64,000 bases of DNA, taken from contig CAWEPK010000009.1 of the NCBI GenBank assembly GCA_963810935.1, forward strand, positions 204,999 through 268,998, given 5' to 3'. Made by a program: the position numbers and the translations under genes. Under the pieces are notes generated by a model, which saw nothing but the letters and a program-made list of their open reading frames with translations, ran no database searches and was not told the origin of the DNA. Of the stretch, positions 1 through 9,679 are shown one piece after another. This stretch comes from an uncultured delta proteobacterium. GTDB taxonomy: Bacteria; Desulfobacterota; Syntrophorhabdia; Syntrophorhabdales; WCHB1-27. The stretch's first letter is position 1. Every line of letters begins with the position of its first letter.

Positions 1-762
1 CTTGTCGGATGATTGGTCCTGGAGAGTGAATACAAGCGTTTTATACTTGTCGGCCGTCTTGACCAGGTCGCATGAGAGCGGTATACGGAGCTTCGAGTCG
101 AGCACGGTCCTCACCGGGTACCGCTTCGGCCTGGCTATCCTGGGCAGAAGAAGGGGGTTGTCGAAGATCACCGTGTTGATGCCGACCATGATCGCGTCCA
201 TTACGGACCTGAGCCGGTTGGCGTAGGACCTCGATTCCTCGTTGGAAATCCATTTCGAGTCCCCGACCTTTGTCGCTATCTTGCCGTCCAGGCTTACGGC
301 CGCCTTCATAACGAAGAAGGGGCGCTTCTTCTCCTGGAACGTAACGAAAGCCTCGTTGAGCTTGCGCGCCTCATCGGAAAGGGTGCCGACCTTGACGTCG
401 ATCTCCGCCTTCCGCAGCGCCTCTATTCCTTTCCCGTTAACCTCCGGGTTCGGGTCGAACATGGCGACCACAACTTTTTTCACCCCTGCCTTTATTATTG
501 CGTCGGCGCAGGGCGGCGTCCGCTTATCCGTGTGGCAGCACGGCTCCAGGGTCACGAAAAGGGTGGCGCCCCGTGCCTTGTCTCCGGCCTTCTCAAGGGC
601 TATTACCTCTGCGTGCGCCTCGCCGGGCTTGTGGTGGTATCCCTCCCCCACGATCTCCCGCCCTTTTGTCACGATGGCGCCGACCATGGGGTTCGGCGAG
701 GTAGTGCCCAGCCCCCTTTTGGCCAGCGACAGGGCAAGACGCATGAAATCTTCTTCTTTCAT
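1..762 (-). CDS. ribD: Riboflavin biosynthesis protein RibD (deaminase plus start of reductase domain); 3' end runs off the window
   Basis: Hand translation of the minus strand from ATG at 762-760 gives [53 protein letters not shown]...[15 protein letters not shown] (cytidine-deaminase zinc motif). It stays open to nt 1. It is missing from the ORF track because no stop lies in the window. ATGA overlap with the nrdR stop. Confidence 0.9.
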   Translation of the reverse strand, partial: MKEEDFMRLALSLAKRGLGTTSPNPMVGAIVTKGREIVGEGYHHKPGEAHAEVIALEKAGDKARGATLFVTLEPCCHTDKRTPPCADAIIKAGVKKVVVAMFDPNPEVNGKGIEALRKAEIDVKVGTLSDEARKLNEAFVTFQEKKRPFFVMKAAVSLDGKIATKVGDSKWISNEESRSYANRLRSVMDAIMVGINTVIFDNPLLLPRIARPKRYPVRTVLDSKLRIPLSCDLVKTADKYKTLVFTLQDQSSDK

Positions 763-1223
763 GTTTCCCCTTTTTTCAGGACCAGGCTCTTCAACTCTTC
801 CATGAACTCGGTGATATCCTTGAACTGGCGATAGACCGAGGCAAACCGCACGTAGGCCACCTCGTCGAGCTTCTTAAGCTCGTCCATCACGATCATTCCT
901 ATCTCGGTGCTCGTGACCTCTTTCTCTCCCCGCTCGGTCAGGTCCGACTCTATCCTTTGCGCGGCCTTCTCCAGGTCGCTTATGCTCACCGGCCTCTTCT
1001 CGCACGCCTTCCTTAAGCCTCCCAGGATCTTCGCCCTGTCGAACGTCTCCCTCCGGCCGTCCTTTTTAACAACCATGGGGAGCCCTTCTTCGAGCAGCTC
1101 CGCAGTGTTGAACCTCTTGCCGCAAAGGAGGCATTCCCTCCTTCTGCGTATGGCGTCCATCTCCTTGCTCGTTCTGGAATCGATTACCTTGCTTTCGACG
1201 TAACCGCAGTAGGGACACTTCAT
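759..1223 (-). CDS. nrdR: Transcriptional repressor NrdR (Zn-ribbon plus ATP-cone)
   Basis: [17 protein letters not shown]...[15 protein letters not shown] zinc ribbon followed by an ATP-cone; 154 aa; typical nrdR-ribD linkage. Confidence 0.95.
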   Translation of the reverse strand: MKCPYCGYVESKVIDSRTSKEMDAIRRRRECLLCGKRFNTAELLEEGLPMVVKKDGRRETFDRAKILGGLRKACEKRPVSISDLEKAAQRIESDLTERGEKEVTSTEIGMIVMDELKKLDEVAYVRFASVYRQFKDITEFMEELKSLVLKKGET

Positions 1224-1304
1224 CGGCCTGCTCCTGTCGAAAAAGACGCGAGCGACGCCCGCTTTGTAAGCGCCTGCCGTATCCTTCCACGGGCGTCCGC
1301 CGTT

Positions 1305-1763
1305 TTACGGTTTGGGCACCCGCTTGATTATTATACCCGATTCCGAGATCAAAGTGGCCGCCAGGTCGTCGGGGTAGCCTTCCAGGTGGAAGATCTCCCG
1401 TATGCCGGCGTTGATAATCATCTTGACGCAGATGGCGCAGGGAAGGTGCGTCGAGTAAATAACCGCCCCGTTGATGGAGACGCCGTGAGAGGCCGCCTGT
1501 ATAATGGCGTTTTGCTCCGCGTGCAGCCCCCTGCAAAGCTCGTGGCGCTCTCCGGGGGCTACGTTCCTGCTCTCGCGGACGCACCCGATGTCCGCGCAAT
1601 GGGCAAGGCCGGTCGGCGCACCGTTGTAGCCGGTCGAAAGGATGCGTTTGTCCTTTACGATGACTGCGCCGACGTTCCTCCGCACGCACGTCGAACGTTT
1701 CGCTACGATGCCCGCTATCTCCATGAAATAGGCGTCCCAGTGGGGGCGGCCGCTTTTGTTCAT
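1305..1763 (-). CDS. Deoxycytidylate (dCMP) deaminase, ComEB/CDA family
   Basis: HAEQNAI ... [13 protein letters not shown] zinc-binding deaminase motifs; 152 aa. Confidence 0.9.
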   Translation of the reverse strand: MNKSGRPHWDAYFMEIAGIVAKRSTCVRRNVGAVIVKDKRILSTGYNGAPTGLAHCADIGCVRESRNVAPGERHELCRGLHAEQNAIIQAASHGVSINGAVIYSTHLPCAICVKMIINAGIREIFHLEGYPDDLAATLISESGIIIKRVPKP

Positions 1764-1770
1764 AACGGTC

Positions 1771-3030
1771 TCATATCGGGAAGATGCGGGAATAGAAAGG
1801 GAACTTGCGGCAGAGCGCCTTCACTTCTCCCCTCAGCTTGCTCGAAAGCCGCGTGTCCCTGGGCCTGCGGAGGACGGAGTCTATCATATCGGCCATCAGC
1901 TCCATCTCGGGCTCCTTCATGCCCCGCGTGGTGACTGCGGGCGTGCCGATCCTGATGCCGCTGGGCGCGATCGGCCCCTTCTTGTCGAAGGGTATCGCGT
2001 TCCTGTTGAGCATGATGCCGCTTCTCTCAAGGCTCTCCTGTGCCTCCATGCCGTCAATGCCCTTGTCGGTCAAGTCGACGAGGAAGAGGTGGTTGTCCGT
2101 CCCCCCGGATACTATCCTGTACCCGAGGCGCCTCATGCAGGTCGCTAAATGGCGGGAATTCTTGATGATCTGCTCCTGGTACGTCTTGAACTCCGGCTTC
2201 ATCGCGTTCTTGAAGGCCACTGCCTTTGCGGCAATGATATGCATGAGCGGGCCGCCCTGGATGCCGGGGAAGATCATCGAGTCGATAATCTTGGCGTGCT
2301 CTTTATCGCAGAGGATAAGGCCGCCCCGAGGGCCCCTCAATGTCTTGTGCGTCGTCCCCGTGACAAAGTGGGCTACGCCAACCGGCGACGGATGGAGCCC
2401 GGTCGCCACCGCGCCCGCGATGTGGGCGATATCGGCCAGGAGGTAAGCCCCGGCCTCGTCGGCTATCTCCCTGAATTTCTTGAAATCGATTATCCTCGAA
2501 TAGGCGCTCGCGCCGCAGACGATCAACCTCGGCCTTTCCGCCAGGGCGATCTTCCTCACCTCGTCGTAATCGATCTGCTCGGTTTCGCGCGAGACATGGT
2601 ACGAGAGGGACTTGAAGAAACGGCCCGCAAAACTCGCCGGAGCGCCGTGCGTAAGGTGGCCGCCGTGCGCCAGGTCCATACCAAGAATCTTGTCCCCCGG
2701 ACCGAGGACGGCGAATAAGACCGCCATGTTGGCCGATGACCCGGCGTGGGGCTGGACATTGGCGTGTTCCGCGCCGAAAAGCTTGCAGGCCCGCTCTATC
2801 GCTGTGCGCTCAATGTCATCGACGAACTTGCAGCCGCCGTAGAAACGCTTGCCCGGATAGCCCTCCGCGTACTTATTGGTGAGGATCGTGCCGTGCGCCT
2901 CCAGGACGTCCTGGTCGACGTAATTCTCCGAGGCGATGAGAATGAGGCTGTATTCCTCTCTCTCTATCTCGCTCTTGATTGAAGCGTAAACAATCCTGTC
3001 GCTGCCCTTAAGGGCACTCATTGAGATCAT
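1771..3030 (-). CDS. glyA: Serine hydroxymethyltransferase
   Basis: [26 protein letters not shown] and [15 protein letters not shown] (PLP lysine). The ORF track starts at TTG 3036. ATG at 3030 has AAGGAAG 7 nt upstream, so 3030 is preferred. Confidence 0.96.
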   Translation of the reverse strand: MISMSALKGSDRIVYASIKSEIEREEYSLILIASENYVDQDVLEAHGTILTNKYAEGYPGKRFYGGCKFVDDIERTAIERACKLFGAEHANVQPHAGSSANMAVLFAVLGPGDKILGMDLAHGGHLTHGAPASFAGRFFKSLSYHVSRETEQIDYDEVRKIALAERPRLIVCGASAYSRIIDFKKFREIADEAGAYLLADIAHIAGAVATGLHPSPVGVAHFVTGTTHKTLRGPRGGLILCDKEHAKIIDSMIFPGIQGGPLMHIIAAKAVAFKNAMKPEFKTYQEQIIKNSRHLATCMRRLGYRIVSGGTDNHLFLVDLTDKGIDGMEAQESLERSGIMLNRNAIPFDKKGPIAPSGIRIGTPAVTTRGMKEPEMELMADMIDSVLRRPRDTRLSSKLRGEVKALCRKFPFYSRIFPI

Positions 3031-3460
3031 TTTCAAGCTTCCTTATCTTATCGACCCGCCTCTGATGGCGGCCGCCTTCGAAAGGCGTCTCCAGCCATAC
3101 CTTGACGATCTCTGCCGCAAGCCCCCGTCCGGTGATCTGCGCGCCGAGCACAAGGATATTGGCATCGACATGGCGCCTGCTCTGCTGTGCTGCAAAGAGG
3201 TCGAAGGCGAGCGCTGCCCGCACCCCAGCCACCTTGTTCGCTGTCACCGACATACCTATGCCTGTGCTGCATATCAGTATGCCGCGCTCCACCTGCCCTC
3301 CCGCGACGAGACGCGCAACCTTTATCGCGTAGTCCGGGTAATCGACCGACTCGGGGCCGTTTGTGCCCACGTCGGTCAGCTCATGCCCGGCGGCCAGCAT
3401 TTGTTTCAGGTATTCTTTCAGCTCGAAGCCGCCGTGGTCCGAGCCGAGGGCGATTTTCAT
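3008..3460 (-). CDS. rpiB: Ribose-5-phosphate isomerase B
   Basis: [18 protein letters not shown] ... [16 protein letters not shown]; 150 aa RpiB/LacA family. Confidence 0.93.
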   Translation of the reverse strand: MKIALGSDHGGFELKEYLKQMLAAGHELTDVGTNGPESVDYPDYAIKVARLVAGGQVERGILICSTGIGMSVTANKVAGVRAALAFDLFAAQQSRRHVDANILVLGAQITGRGLAAEIVKVWLETPFEGGRHQRRVDKIRKLENDLNECP

Positions 3461-4699
3461 TTATTCGTGCCTCTTGAAAACGAGGACCGCGTTCGTGCCG
3501 CCGAAGCCGAACGAGTTAGAGATGGCGATGTCGATCTTGTGCTTCCGCGCGGTATTCGGAACGTAGTCCAGGTCGCACTCAGGGTCGGGGTTCTCGTAGT
3601 TTATCGTAGGCGGGCATATCTGGTCCCTTATGGAGAGGACCGAGAATATCGCCTCGACAGCGCCCGCCGCCCCCAACAGGTGGCCGGTCATCGACTTGGT
3701 CGAGCTTACCGGGATCTTGTAGGCCCGCTCGCCGAAGACCTTCTTTATGGCGAGCGTCTCCGACGAATCGTTCAGGTCCGTAGACGTACCGTGGGCGTTG
3801 ATATAATCGACGGCTTCGGGGCCGAGCCCCGCGTCCCGCAGAGCCATCCTCATGCACCTTATCGAGCCGTCGCCGTCGGGGCATGGGGCCGTTATGTGGT
3901 ACGCGTCGCCGTTGTAGCCGTAGCCCGTTACCTCGGCGTATATGCGCGCCGCGCGCAGCCGGGCATGCTCCAGCTCTTCCATTATAACGATGCCCGCCCC
4001 TTCGCCGATCACGAAGCCGTCCCTTTCCTTGTCGAAAGGACGGGAGGCCTTTTCGGGGGCGTCGTTTCTGACGGAGAGCGCCTTCAGGGCGTTAAAGCCC
4101 CCCACGGTCAGGGGCGTAAGGTTGGCTTCGGTCCCGCCCGCGACCATGACGTCCGCGTCCCCGTACTGAATGATCCTCAGGGCCTCGCCTATACAATGCG
4201 CGCCGGTAGCGCACGCGGTTACGATGCTCAGGTTCGGGCCCTTTATGCCGTAGTGTATTGCGATGTTTCCGGGCGCTTCGTTGGCTATGAGCATAGGAAT
4301 GAAAAACGGCGAGATGCGTCCCGGTCCTCTCTCGAGAAGGATGGAATGATATTTCTCCAGCGTGGGAAGGCCGCCGAGCCCGGTGCCTACGATGACGCCC
4401 ACCCTTTCGGCGTCTTCGCGTTTCAGGTCTATCCCCGAGTCCTGGATGGCGACCTTGGTAGCCGCAAGCGCATACTGGATGAAGAGGTCCATGCGCCTCA
4501 GCTCTCTCCCCGGTATGTATTCCTCCGCCTTGAAGTCTTTTACCTCAGCGGCGATCTTTGTGTCGTGGGCCGATCCATCGAACCGCGTAAGGGGACCGGC
4601 GCCGGACTGCCCGGCGACTATCTTCTCCCATACGTTATCGAGCCCGACCCCAAGCGGGGTGGTAAGACCTAGACCCGTTATAACGACCCTTCTTTTCAA
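3461..4699 (-). CDS. fabF: 3-oxoacyl-ACP synthase II
   Basis: 412 aa; active-site context [22 protein letters not shown] and NSFGFGGTN; sits next to acpP. Confidence 0.97.
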   Translation of the reverse strand: MKRRVVITGLGLTTPLGVGLDNVWEKIVAGQSGAGPLTRFDGSAHDTKIAAEVKDFKAEEYIPGRELRRMDLFIQYALAATKVAIQDSGIDLKREDAERVGVIVGTGLGGLPTLEKYHSILLERGPGRISPFFIPMLIANEAPGNIAIHYGIKGPNLSIVTACATGAHCIGEALRIIQYGDADVMVAGGTEANLTPLTVGGFNALKALSVRNDAPEKASRPFDKERDGFVIGEGAGIVIMEELEHARLRAARIYAEVTGYGYNGDAYHITAPCPDGDGSIRCMRMALRDAGLGPEAVDYINAHGTSTDLNDSSETLAIKKVFGERAYKIPVSSTKSMTGHLLGAAGAVEAIFSVLSIRDQICPPTINYENPDPECDLDYVPNTARKHKIDIAISNSFGFGGTNAVLVFKRHE

Positions 4700-4714
4700 C
4701 CCTCACCTCATGCT

Positions 4715-4948
4715 TTATTTCAGGTGCCCCTCGATGTACTTGATCGCGTCCCCGACCGTCTCTATCTTTTCTGCGTCCTCGTCGGGAATCTCGATGCCAT
4801 ATTCATCTTCGAGGGCCATAACGAGCTCGACTATATCGAGAGAATCCGCCCCAAGATCGTCGATGAACTTCGCCTCCGGCACCACCTCGGACTCGTTTAC
4901 CTCCAACTGCTCGACGATCATCTTTTTAACCTTTTCCGCAACTGTCAT
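4715..4948 (-). CDS. acpP: Acyl carrier protein
   Basis: 77 aa; phosphopantetheine site [16 protein letters not shown]. Confidence 0.97.
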   Translation of the reverse strand: MTVAEKVKKMIVEQLEVNESEVVPEAKFIDDLGADSLDIVELVMALEDEYGIEIPDEDAEKIETVGDAIKYIEGHLK

Positions 4949-4985
4949 GTAGCCACCTCCTGGTTTTAGCGAGAGACCTTATCCC

Positions 4986-5711
4986 TCAGATATACAAGCC
5001 TCCGTTGACATTTATGACCTCTCCCGTCACGTAGCTGCTATACTCCGACAGGAGAAAATAGACTACCCGTGCCACGTCAATGGGCTCTCCGGGCCGCTTC
5101 AGCGGAATCGACTGGACCATCGACTCCCGGTATTTCTCCGGTAGCCTGGCAGTCATCTCCGTGCCGATAAAGCCGGGCGCGACCGCGTTTACCCTTATGC
5201 CCCGGTCCCCGTATTCCTTGGCGATGGTCTTGGTGAAACCTATGATGCCCGCCTTGCTCGCCGCGTAGTTCGCCTGTCCGGCGTTCCCCGCCACGCCCGC
5301 GAGGGACGAGACGTTCACTATGCTGCCACCCGTTTTCATCATCTGGCGCAGCACCGTCTTCGTGCAATTAAAAACACTCTTGAGGTTGACGCGGAGCACA
5401 AGGTCCCACTCTTCTTCCGACATCCGGAGGAGGAGCTTGTCCCGCGTTATCCCCGCGTTGTTGACGAGGCCGTAGATACCGCCCATTTCTGCGACGACGG
5501 CCGCGACGGCCTTCTCGACCTCCGGCAGGTCGCCGACGTCAGCCTTATGAAAGACGGCCCTGGCGCCTTTTGCCTCAACGGCGGCCGCAGTTTCGGTGCA
5601 GTCCGCCACGTCGATTAAAGCGATATCAGCGCCTTTCTCCGCGAGAAGCTCGGCAATGGCCCGCCCGATGCCCTGGGCCGCGCCTGTCACCATCACAACC
5701 TTTCCCTTCAC
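4986..5711 (-). CDS. fabG: 3-oxoacyl-ACP reductase
   Basis: SDR motifs TGAAQGIGRAIA, NNAG and YAASKAG. The track ORF extends to 5876, but the N-terminal 55 aa overlap fabD. GTG at 5711 (VKGKVVMVTG) forms a GTGA overlap with the fabD stop. Confidence 0.94.
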   Translation of the reverse strand: MKGKVVMVTGAAQGIGRAIAELLAEKGADIALIDVADCTETAAAVEAKGARAVFHKADVGDLPEVEKAVAAVVAEMGGIYGLVNNAGITRDKLLLRMSEEEWDLVLRVNLKSVFNCTKTVLRQMMKTGGSIVNVSSLAGVAGNAGQANYAASKAGIIGFTKTIAKEYGDRGIRVNAVAPGFIGTEMTARLPEKYRESMVQSIPLKRPGEPIDVARVVYFLLSEYSSYVTGEVINVNGGLYI

Positions 5712-6646
5712 GCGAGCACCCCACGTACCGCATCCACTTCCGCCATCGTTTCGACGTGATGGCAGGGGATATCCGGCACGATCCTTTTCATCATGTTCGT
5801 AAGCACCTTCTGCGGCCCCACTTCGATGAAAAGCTCGACGCCCCGGCCAACCATAGTCTTTACGCAATCCTCCCAAAGGACCGGCGAGAACATTTGGCGG
5901 AAGAGAAGGTCTGTGACCGCCCCCGCTTCCATATTGGGACCGGCGTTTATGTTGGCTACGACGGGAAAGCGCATGGGCGAGAAAGGGACTTTCTCCAGCT
6001 CCGCTTTCAGCTTTTCCGCCGCGGGCTTCATTAGCGGGCTGTGGAACGGACCCGACACATTGAGGAAAATCGCTTTCTTATATCCTACCCCTTTCAGCTT
6101 CTCGACTGCCTCCTTCAGGGCGTTGATATCGCCCGACAGGACGAGCTGGTCCGGGGAGTTGAGATTCGCCGGCGCTGCTACGTAGTCGCCTTTGGAGACC
6201 GCGCTACAGACCTCTTCCACCTTCTGACGCACGGGGCCCATGAGAGCGACCATGCCCCCTGCCCCGGCAGGGCACGCCTCTTCCATGAGAAGGCCCCTCG
6301 TCCGGGTCAGCCTGAGTGCGTCTTCAAAGGACAGAAGCCCGCTCGCGCAGAGCGCCGTATATTCGCCGAGGCTGTGGCCGGCCGCGCAAAAAGGTTCTAA
6401 ACCGGTTTCCCTTACCAATAACAACCACGACGCGTAGCTCGCTAAAAGGATGGCCGGCTGCGTGTTAAAGGTTTTACGCAACTCGTCTTCGGGGCCCTCG
6501 AAGCAGAGCTTGGACAGGCCGAAACCGGTGGCCTTATCGGCTGATTCGAACAGGTCCCTTACATAGTCGAACCGGTCGCAAAGCTCCTTCCCCATTCCGA
6601 CATACTGCGATCCCTGCCCTGGAAAAACGACCCCTATTTTTTTCAT
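5708..6646 (-). CDS. fabD: Malonyl CoA-ACP transacylase
   Basis: VFPGQGSQYVGMG and active site AGHSLGEYTAL; 312 aa. Confidence 0.95.
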   Translation of the reverse strand: MKKIGVVFPGQGSQYVGMGKELCDRFDYVRDLFESADKATGFGLSKLCFEGPEDELRKTFNTQPAILLASYASWLLLVRETGLEPFCAAGHSLGEYTALCASGLLSFEDALRLTRTRGLLMEEACPAGAGGMVALMGPVRQKVEEVCSAVSKGDYVAAPANLNSPDQLVLSGDINALKEAVEKLKGVGYKKAIFLNVSGPFHSPLMKPAAEKLKAELEKVPFSPMRFPVVANINAGPNMEAGAVTDLLFRQMFSPVLWEDCVKTMVGRGVELFIEVGPQKVLTNMMKRIVPDIPCHHVETMAEVDAVRGVLA

Positions 6647-7807
6647 TTACCTCTTTTTCGATGCCGCTTCTTTTATCAGTTCGAGGCCGATGACGTTCCT
6701 CTGTATCTGGTTCGTTCCTTCGTAGATCTGAAGGATTTTGGCGTCCCTCATCATTTTTTCGATGGGGTAGTCCCGCATATAGCCGTAACCGCCGAATATC
6801 TGTAGGGCGTCCACCGTCACCTTCATGGCTACGTCGCTCGGAAATACCTTGCTCATGGCCGATGCCTTCGAAAGGTCCTTCGCGCCTGAATCTATGTAGC
6901 GGGCGACCGAATAAACAAGGGCGCGCGCCGCTTCAGTCTGTGTGGCCATATCCGCAAGCATGTGCTGAATCGCCTGGAAGGATATGATTTTCTTCTCGAA
7001 CTGCTCCCTTTCCCTTGCGTAGGCGACCGCTGCATCGAGCGCGCCCTGGGCCACTCCGACGGCCTGTGCCCCAATACCCGGCCGGGTCCGGTCGAAGGTC
7101 CTCATCGCAAGGATGAAGCCCATGCCTTCCCTACCTATAACATTTTCCTTCGGGACTTTGCAATCCTGGAAGACCAGCTCCCTGGTCGCAGACGCCCGGA
7201 TACCCAGCTTCTTTTCCTTCTTGCCGAAGGAAAAACCGTCCATACCCTTCTCGACGATGAACGCAGTCGCGCCCCTGCCGCCCTTGGAACGGTCGGTCAT
7301 GGCGATCACGGTATATATCTCAGCCTCGCCTCCGTTGGTGATCCACTGCTTGGTGCCGTTGAGGATGTAATAGTCGCCGTCCTTGCGCGCCTCCGTCCTG
7401 ATGCCCGCTGCGTCGCTGCCCGCGTTAGCCTCGGTGAGGCCAAAAGCAGCAAGCCTCTTACCCTTCGCAACGTCCGGCAGGAACCGCGCTTTTTGCTCCT
7501 CACTCCCGCCGAGAAGTATCGGATGGGAACCGAGCAGACTGGCCGCATAGCTCACCGACACGCCGAGGCAGCCCCTGCTCAGTTCCTCGACGACGATACA
7601 GTTTTCCAGCGCGCCGCCGCCTAAGCCGCCGTATGCCTCCGGTATGCTTACCCCGAAAAGGCCGGTCTCCGCACAGGAGCGCATGATCTCCCACGGGAAC
7701 GTCTCCGTCTCGTCCAGCTCGGCCCTGACGGGCATAATCTTTTCCTGCGCAATCCTGCGCGCCAGTTTCCTGATCTCCTTCTGGTCGTCCGTCAGAAAAT
7801 AATCCAT
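6647..7807 (-). CDS. Short/medium-chain acyl-CoA dehydrogenase family protein, embedded in the fab operon
   Basis: 386 aa; GLTEANAGSDAAG, QWITNGG and catalytic-base context IYEGTNQIQ. The stop abuts the fabD start and the start lies 1 nt after the plsX stop. Confidence 0.9.
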   Translation of the reverse strand: MDYFLTDDQKEIRKLARRIAQEKIMPVRAELDETETFPWEIMRSCAETGLFGVSIPEAYGGLGGGALENCIVVEELSRGCLGVSVSYAASLLGSHPILLGGSEEQKARFLPDVAKGKRLAAFGLTEANAGSDAAGIRTEARKDGDYYILNGTKQWITNGGEAEIYTVIAMTDRSKGGRGATAFIVEKGMDGFSFGKKEKKLGIRASATRELVFQDCKVPKENVIGREGMGFILAMRTFDRTRPGIGAQAVGVAQGALDAAVAYAREREQFEKKIISFQAIQHMLADMATQTEAARALVYSVARYIDSGAKDLSKASAMSKVFPSDVAMKVTVDALQIFGGYGYMRDYPIEKMMRDAKILQIYEGTNQIQRNVIGLELIKEAASKKR

Positions 7808-7808
7808 T

Positions 7809-8819
7809 CTAGAGCTCCTTACTCCTCGTGGGTGACGCGTACTCCCGCATCGCGTCTTTTATATGTCCGTTGACGTTCGTTCCAACAAATCCCTTTGCTT
7901 GTAAGATGGCGCTCCTGATCGCCCTCTCGTTCGACTTGCCGTGGCAGATTATACAGACCCCATCCACCCCTACAAGGGGGGCGCCGCCGTATTCGGAGTA
8001 GTCTACCATCCGGGAAAGGGCTTTGAAAACAGGGGAAAGTAAAAGATAGCCTATCTTTGCCCTCCTGCTCGCCCTTATCTTTTCCTTCAGGATGCCTAGA
8101 ATCGCCTCGGCCACGCCCTCGCTTACCTTCAGGGCCACGTTGCCGACAAAGCCGTCCGTGACGACGACGTCCGCCGTGCCGTTGTACAGGTCCATCCCCT
8201 CGAGGTAGCCCGTATAGTTGAGGTCGGCGCCGGAAAGGAGCGCGTGTGTCTCCCGCGTAAGCTCGTTTCCCTTCGTCGCTTCCTCGCCGTTGCTTAAAAC
8301 CCCGACCCTGGGGTTCTGCACCCCTAGCGCATATTTTGCGAACATATCGCCCATGATCGCAAACTGGACGAGGTGCGACGGCCGGCAGTCCACCGTGCCT
8401 CCTGAGTCGAGAAGGATCGATTTCGTGCCCCTAACGTTCGGGTGTATAGTGAGGATGGCCGGTCTCTCCACGCCCGGGAGCCTGCCCAGGGTGAAAATGG
8501 CGAACGCGAGGAAGGCGCCCGAATTCCCTGCCGAAACTACGGCCTGGACGTCGCCCGCCTTCAGCAGGCTGAACGCGACGTTGATGGAAGAGTCCTTCTT
8601 CTTCCGCAGGGCCGTGGAAGGCGACTCTTTCATCTCAACGGACGTCGGCGCGTGGACGATGTCGATGCCCGACCGGCTCTGCAAGAGCGGTCCTATCGCG
8701 TTCTCGTCGCCCACAAGGACAAGGTCTCCGGCTCCAACGGCTGCGGCCGCCTCCGCTCCCCGCACTATGGCGAGGGGCGCGTGGTCACCGCCCATGGCGT
8801 CGATGGCTATCCTCACCAT
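7809..8819 (-). CDS. plsX: Phosphate acyltransferase PlsX
   Basis: MVRIAIDAMGGDHAP ... typical PlsX. The track ORF (to 8912) overlaps rpmF, so the internal ATG at 8819 is preferred. Confidence 0.94.
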   Translation of the reverse strand: MVRIAIDAMGGDHAPLAIVRGAEAAAAVGAGDLVLVGDENAIGPLLQSRSGIDIVHAPTSVEMKESPSTALRKKKDSSINVAFSLLKAGDVQAVVSAGNSGAFLAFAIFTLGRLPGVERPAILTIHPNVRGTKSILLDSGGTVDCRPSHLVQFAIMGDMFAKYALGVQNPRVGVLSNGEEATKGNELTRETHALLSGADLNYTGYLEGMDLYNGTADVVVTDGFVGNVALKVSEGVAEAILGILKEKIRASRRAKIGYLLLSPVFKALSRMVDYSEYGGAPLVGVDGVCIICHGKSNERAIRSAILQAKGFVGTNVNGHIKDAMREYASPTRSKEL

Positions 8820-8824
8820 ACGCG

Positions 8825-9007
8825 TTAGAGCTCTTCTACCTTCAGGCGCTTCTTGCCCTTGTAGTTTCCGCATTTCGCGCATACGCGGTGGGACAGCATC
8901 GGCTCCTTGCAAGTCGGGCAGAGGACCACCCCGGGGGGCGAGGCCTTGTCATGCGTCCTTCTTTTGTCTCTCCTCGACTTTGATGTTTTTCTCTTCGGGA
9001 CAGGCAT
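8825..9007 (-). CDS. rpmF: 50S ribosomal protein L32
   Basis: [19 protein letters not shown] ... [18 protein letters not shown]; 60 aa. Confidence 0.95.
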   Translation of the reverse strand: MPVPKRKTSKSRRDKRRTHDKASPPGVVLCPTCKEPMLSHRVCAKCGNYKGKKRLKVEEL

Positions 9008-9017
9008 AATATTCTCC

Positions 9018-9537
9018 TTACCGGTCTTTTAAAAAACTTTTCAGCTTCTCTCCCATAGCCGTACCCGTCTTCTCGCAGCCGCACTCCTCGACGTTGCGGT
9101 TCTTGCCGCAAACAGGACAGATACCCTTGCAGGCATCCGAGCAAAGGGCCTTTATGGGCAGGTCAAGCATTACCTCTTCGAAGACGTAGGGGTCGATATC
9201 GATCTCATCCCCTTCGAAGTAATATACGTTCATTTCATCGGTTTTTAACTCGACTTCTTCGCCGGCGGGCGTTTTTTGCCGCGGAAGCAGACTCTATATC
9301 GAGCTTCGATGATACCGAAAAAGTGAATTCCTCCAGGCAGCGGGCGCACGTCAGCGATAGCTCGGCACTCACCGGGCCGCTGAGCCATACATTATCGCCG
9401 GCCTTTTGTACCGTGATCTCATATTCGATGGGAGAGGCGAAGCCGATATCGGTGTCCTCGGGTCTCTTTAATTTCGCCCCGTCGAGCGACCCCTTGACCG
9501 ATATAGTATCCTGTAAGTCGTAAAGTTTTATAATCAT
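9018..9537 (-). CDS. yceD: YceD/DUF177 family protein (large-subunit accumulation protein), interrupted by an apparent +1 frameshift near 9285-9300
   Basis: Two abutting ORFs (9235-9537 and 9018-9233). The upstream frame reads ...SSKLDIE. The other frame continues [35 protein letters not shown]...[13 protein letters not shown] (DUF177 C-terminal Cys motif). Total span is 520 nt = 3n+1. Canonical position upstream of rpmF. Confidence 0.8.
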
Positions 9538-9563
9538 TGATTGTTTACCGTTTTGGGTCTAAC

Positions 9564-9593
9564 AATATAAAGGTTTTTTAGGCCTATTGTCAA
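9564..9593 (-). promoter_or_regulatory. Putative sigma-70 promoter for the yceD-rpmF-plsX-fab operon
   Basis: Minus strand TTGACA (9593-9588), 18-nt spacer, TATATT (9569-9564), about 30 nt upstream of the yceD start. Confidence 0.45.
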
Positions 9594-9679
9594 GCAATTT
9601 GGCCCTGACAGCCCCAGCGGCTCATCCGCCGTGGTTGCGCAAACCATTAAGAATACCTAATTTTTTAATAAAGGGCTAA

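Noticed and set aside
3065-4672. 535-aa plus-strand ORF
   Set aside because: It is antisense to fabF, which has unmistakable KAS II motifs. The composition is Arg/Ala/Gly/Val-rich with no motif, the typical shadow ORF of a GC-rich gene.
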